A DNA stretch of 64,000 nt, taken from contig NC_090339.1 of assembly GCF_035084215.1 (NCBI RefSeq), positions 29,822,001-29,886,000 on the forward strand, read 5' to 3'. This DNA is from Heptranchias perlo. Lineage: Eukaryota. Of this stretch, positions 62,601 through 64,000 are shown piece by piece. Every line of letters starts with the position of its first letter. The first letter of the stretch is position 1. The translations under genes and the position numbers were made by a program. The notes below the pieces were generated by a model. That model was not told the origin of the DNA and did not search any database. It saw nothing but the letters and a program-made list of their open reading frames with translations.

Positions 62601-64000
62601 TAAGCAGTACTTAGCACAAGTGAATAAAAGTAGCAGCAAAGATTCTTACTCAATTCCCAAACTACTTTAAAGAACACTACACAGGCAAAGAGACCGCAGC
62701 CTTCAGTATGAGCACACAAAATAGCCTTATCCAAACTATATTAACCTCAATCATATCTGCTGCAGCCTGTACTGCTACATTTACTGTATCATTAATTATT
62801 TGGGGAAGAAATGGAGGGTAACAGATCAGAGGGACTGTCCATGCTTCCTTGACCCCATTTACATAGGGCAGTAAGTACTTCTGGTGGTTCTCAAAGGGGA
62901 CTGGCAGTTATTTGGAAGGAGAATGCAAGTGTTTTTGGGGCAAATTTGAGGTGGTAGCCTTAAATAACCCATTCTGCTGCTTTTACTGCCCCAAATCTGC
63001 CCTAAAAAAAGGGATAACTCAGGAGAATCCTTCGCCCCAATTACGCAGAGATCAGAGTCAATGGAATAAAAAGTGAATCAAAAGAAGGAAGTGGACAGAC
63101 CACTTTTTGAGCAACATTGATGTATAATGAACAATCCTTGTATTTAAGATTTTAGAAGATGTTTTTGGGGGATAAAAAACTCAGTCAATGAAAAAACTGT
63201 TAGAAAATGGTACTAGTTTAGGAAATGTGGCCTAGAAATTCGGACGTGCCTATTTCTGGGCATGTGGGGGGTGCAGGGGACATGCCTGCCTGACTGGTGA
63301 GACTCAGGACAAACCAATTTGAAGTGGGGGCATCAAACAGGCAGTAAGTTCCTTATTTGCATCTGCAAAAGTCCTAAAGCCTGTTTCAGACATGGGCCTG
63401 GATGCCTATTTTTTTCCCTTTCCTAATATAACGGGCTGCAAACTTCCAGCAGCAAACGAGCGCATGCTTCCTGGCTGCCATATTGGGGGCTTAAAAGGCC
63501 AGTTAACATCTGTAAAATGGGCACTGCGCAGTGGAATACAGAGGCCGGTGTCTGCAGCTGTCCATTGACAGTATTGTTAAAACTGGGTAAATCCCAAGTG
63601 TGAGATTTTCTGTCACGGGCCATATAACTGGGGTGTCGACTCGAACCAAAAACATGGTTAACATCGCCAAGTTGTCCTTGTCATATGGGCACAGGGACAG
63701 CTAAATGACATTAGTACAGTCTCTCTTGTATCATCTTTATCACTTACATTTTTCCTGTCTCCTTTCTTCCTATTGCTTTTAACTTTTTTCCTCTTTCTAT
63801 CCATCCAGTCCACCTGCGTGTGATATTTGAGTGCTTTCTCTCACTGGCACTGTGCCTTTTTCCTCTGTTGGTTGCCGAATTGGGAACATCTTGGTTGACG
63901 AATTAGAGCAAGGAGGCATAGAGGGGATAATTTTGATGGTGTAAAATGGGTGATGTAAAATGGGCTACCAATTCACTATCAGTGGAAATAAAAATCATGA

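Noticed and set aside
1-64000. CRISPR arrays, rRNA or prokaryotic operons
   Set aside because: None seen; the window is intron-containing vertebrate DNA.

Overview
Eukaryotic, repeat-rich vertebrate DNA. The CR1, L2, Penelope, Harbinger and SINE content points to a cartilaginous fish (inference). Two complete spliced genes lie head-to-head. The first is ACOD1/IRG1 (cis-aconitate decarboxylase, makes itaconate) on the minus strand: 6 coding exons, about 493 aa, with an extra basic N-terminal exon resembling a mitochondrial presequence. The second is an unusual plus-strand gene of about 877 aa in 10 coding exons. It encodes three tandem GPR1/FUN34/YaaH (SatP/AceTr carboxylate channel)-like repeats fused to a C-terminal YrdC/Sua5 domain that keeps the family's catalytic motifs. 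A probable first coding exon of a third gene, also presequence-like, lies at 58.5 kb. The best candidate for an undescribed system is an itaconate synthesis plus carboxylate transport locus. The rest of the window is mobile DNA: nested LINE and Harbinger insertions, an inverted Penelope element with minimal hammerhead ribozymes, a 93-bp solo hammerhead insertion with a 12-bp TSD, a 264-bp palindrome, an old intergenic duplication and a decayed env/fusogen-like relic. All gene models were assembled by eye and no database searches were run.
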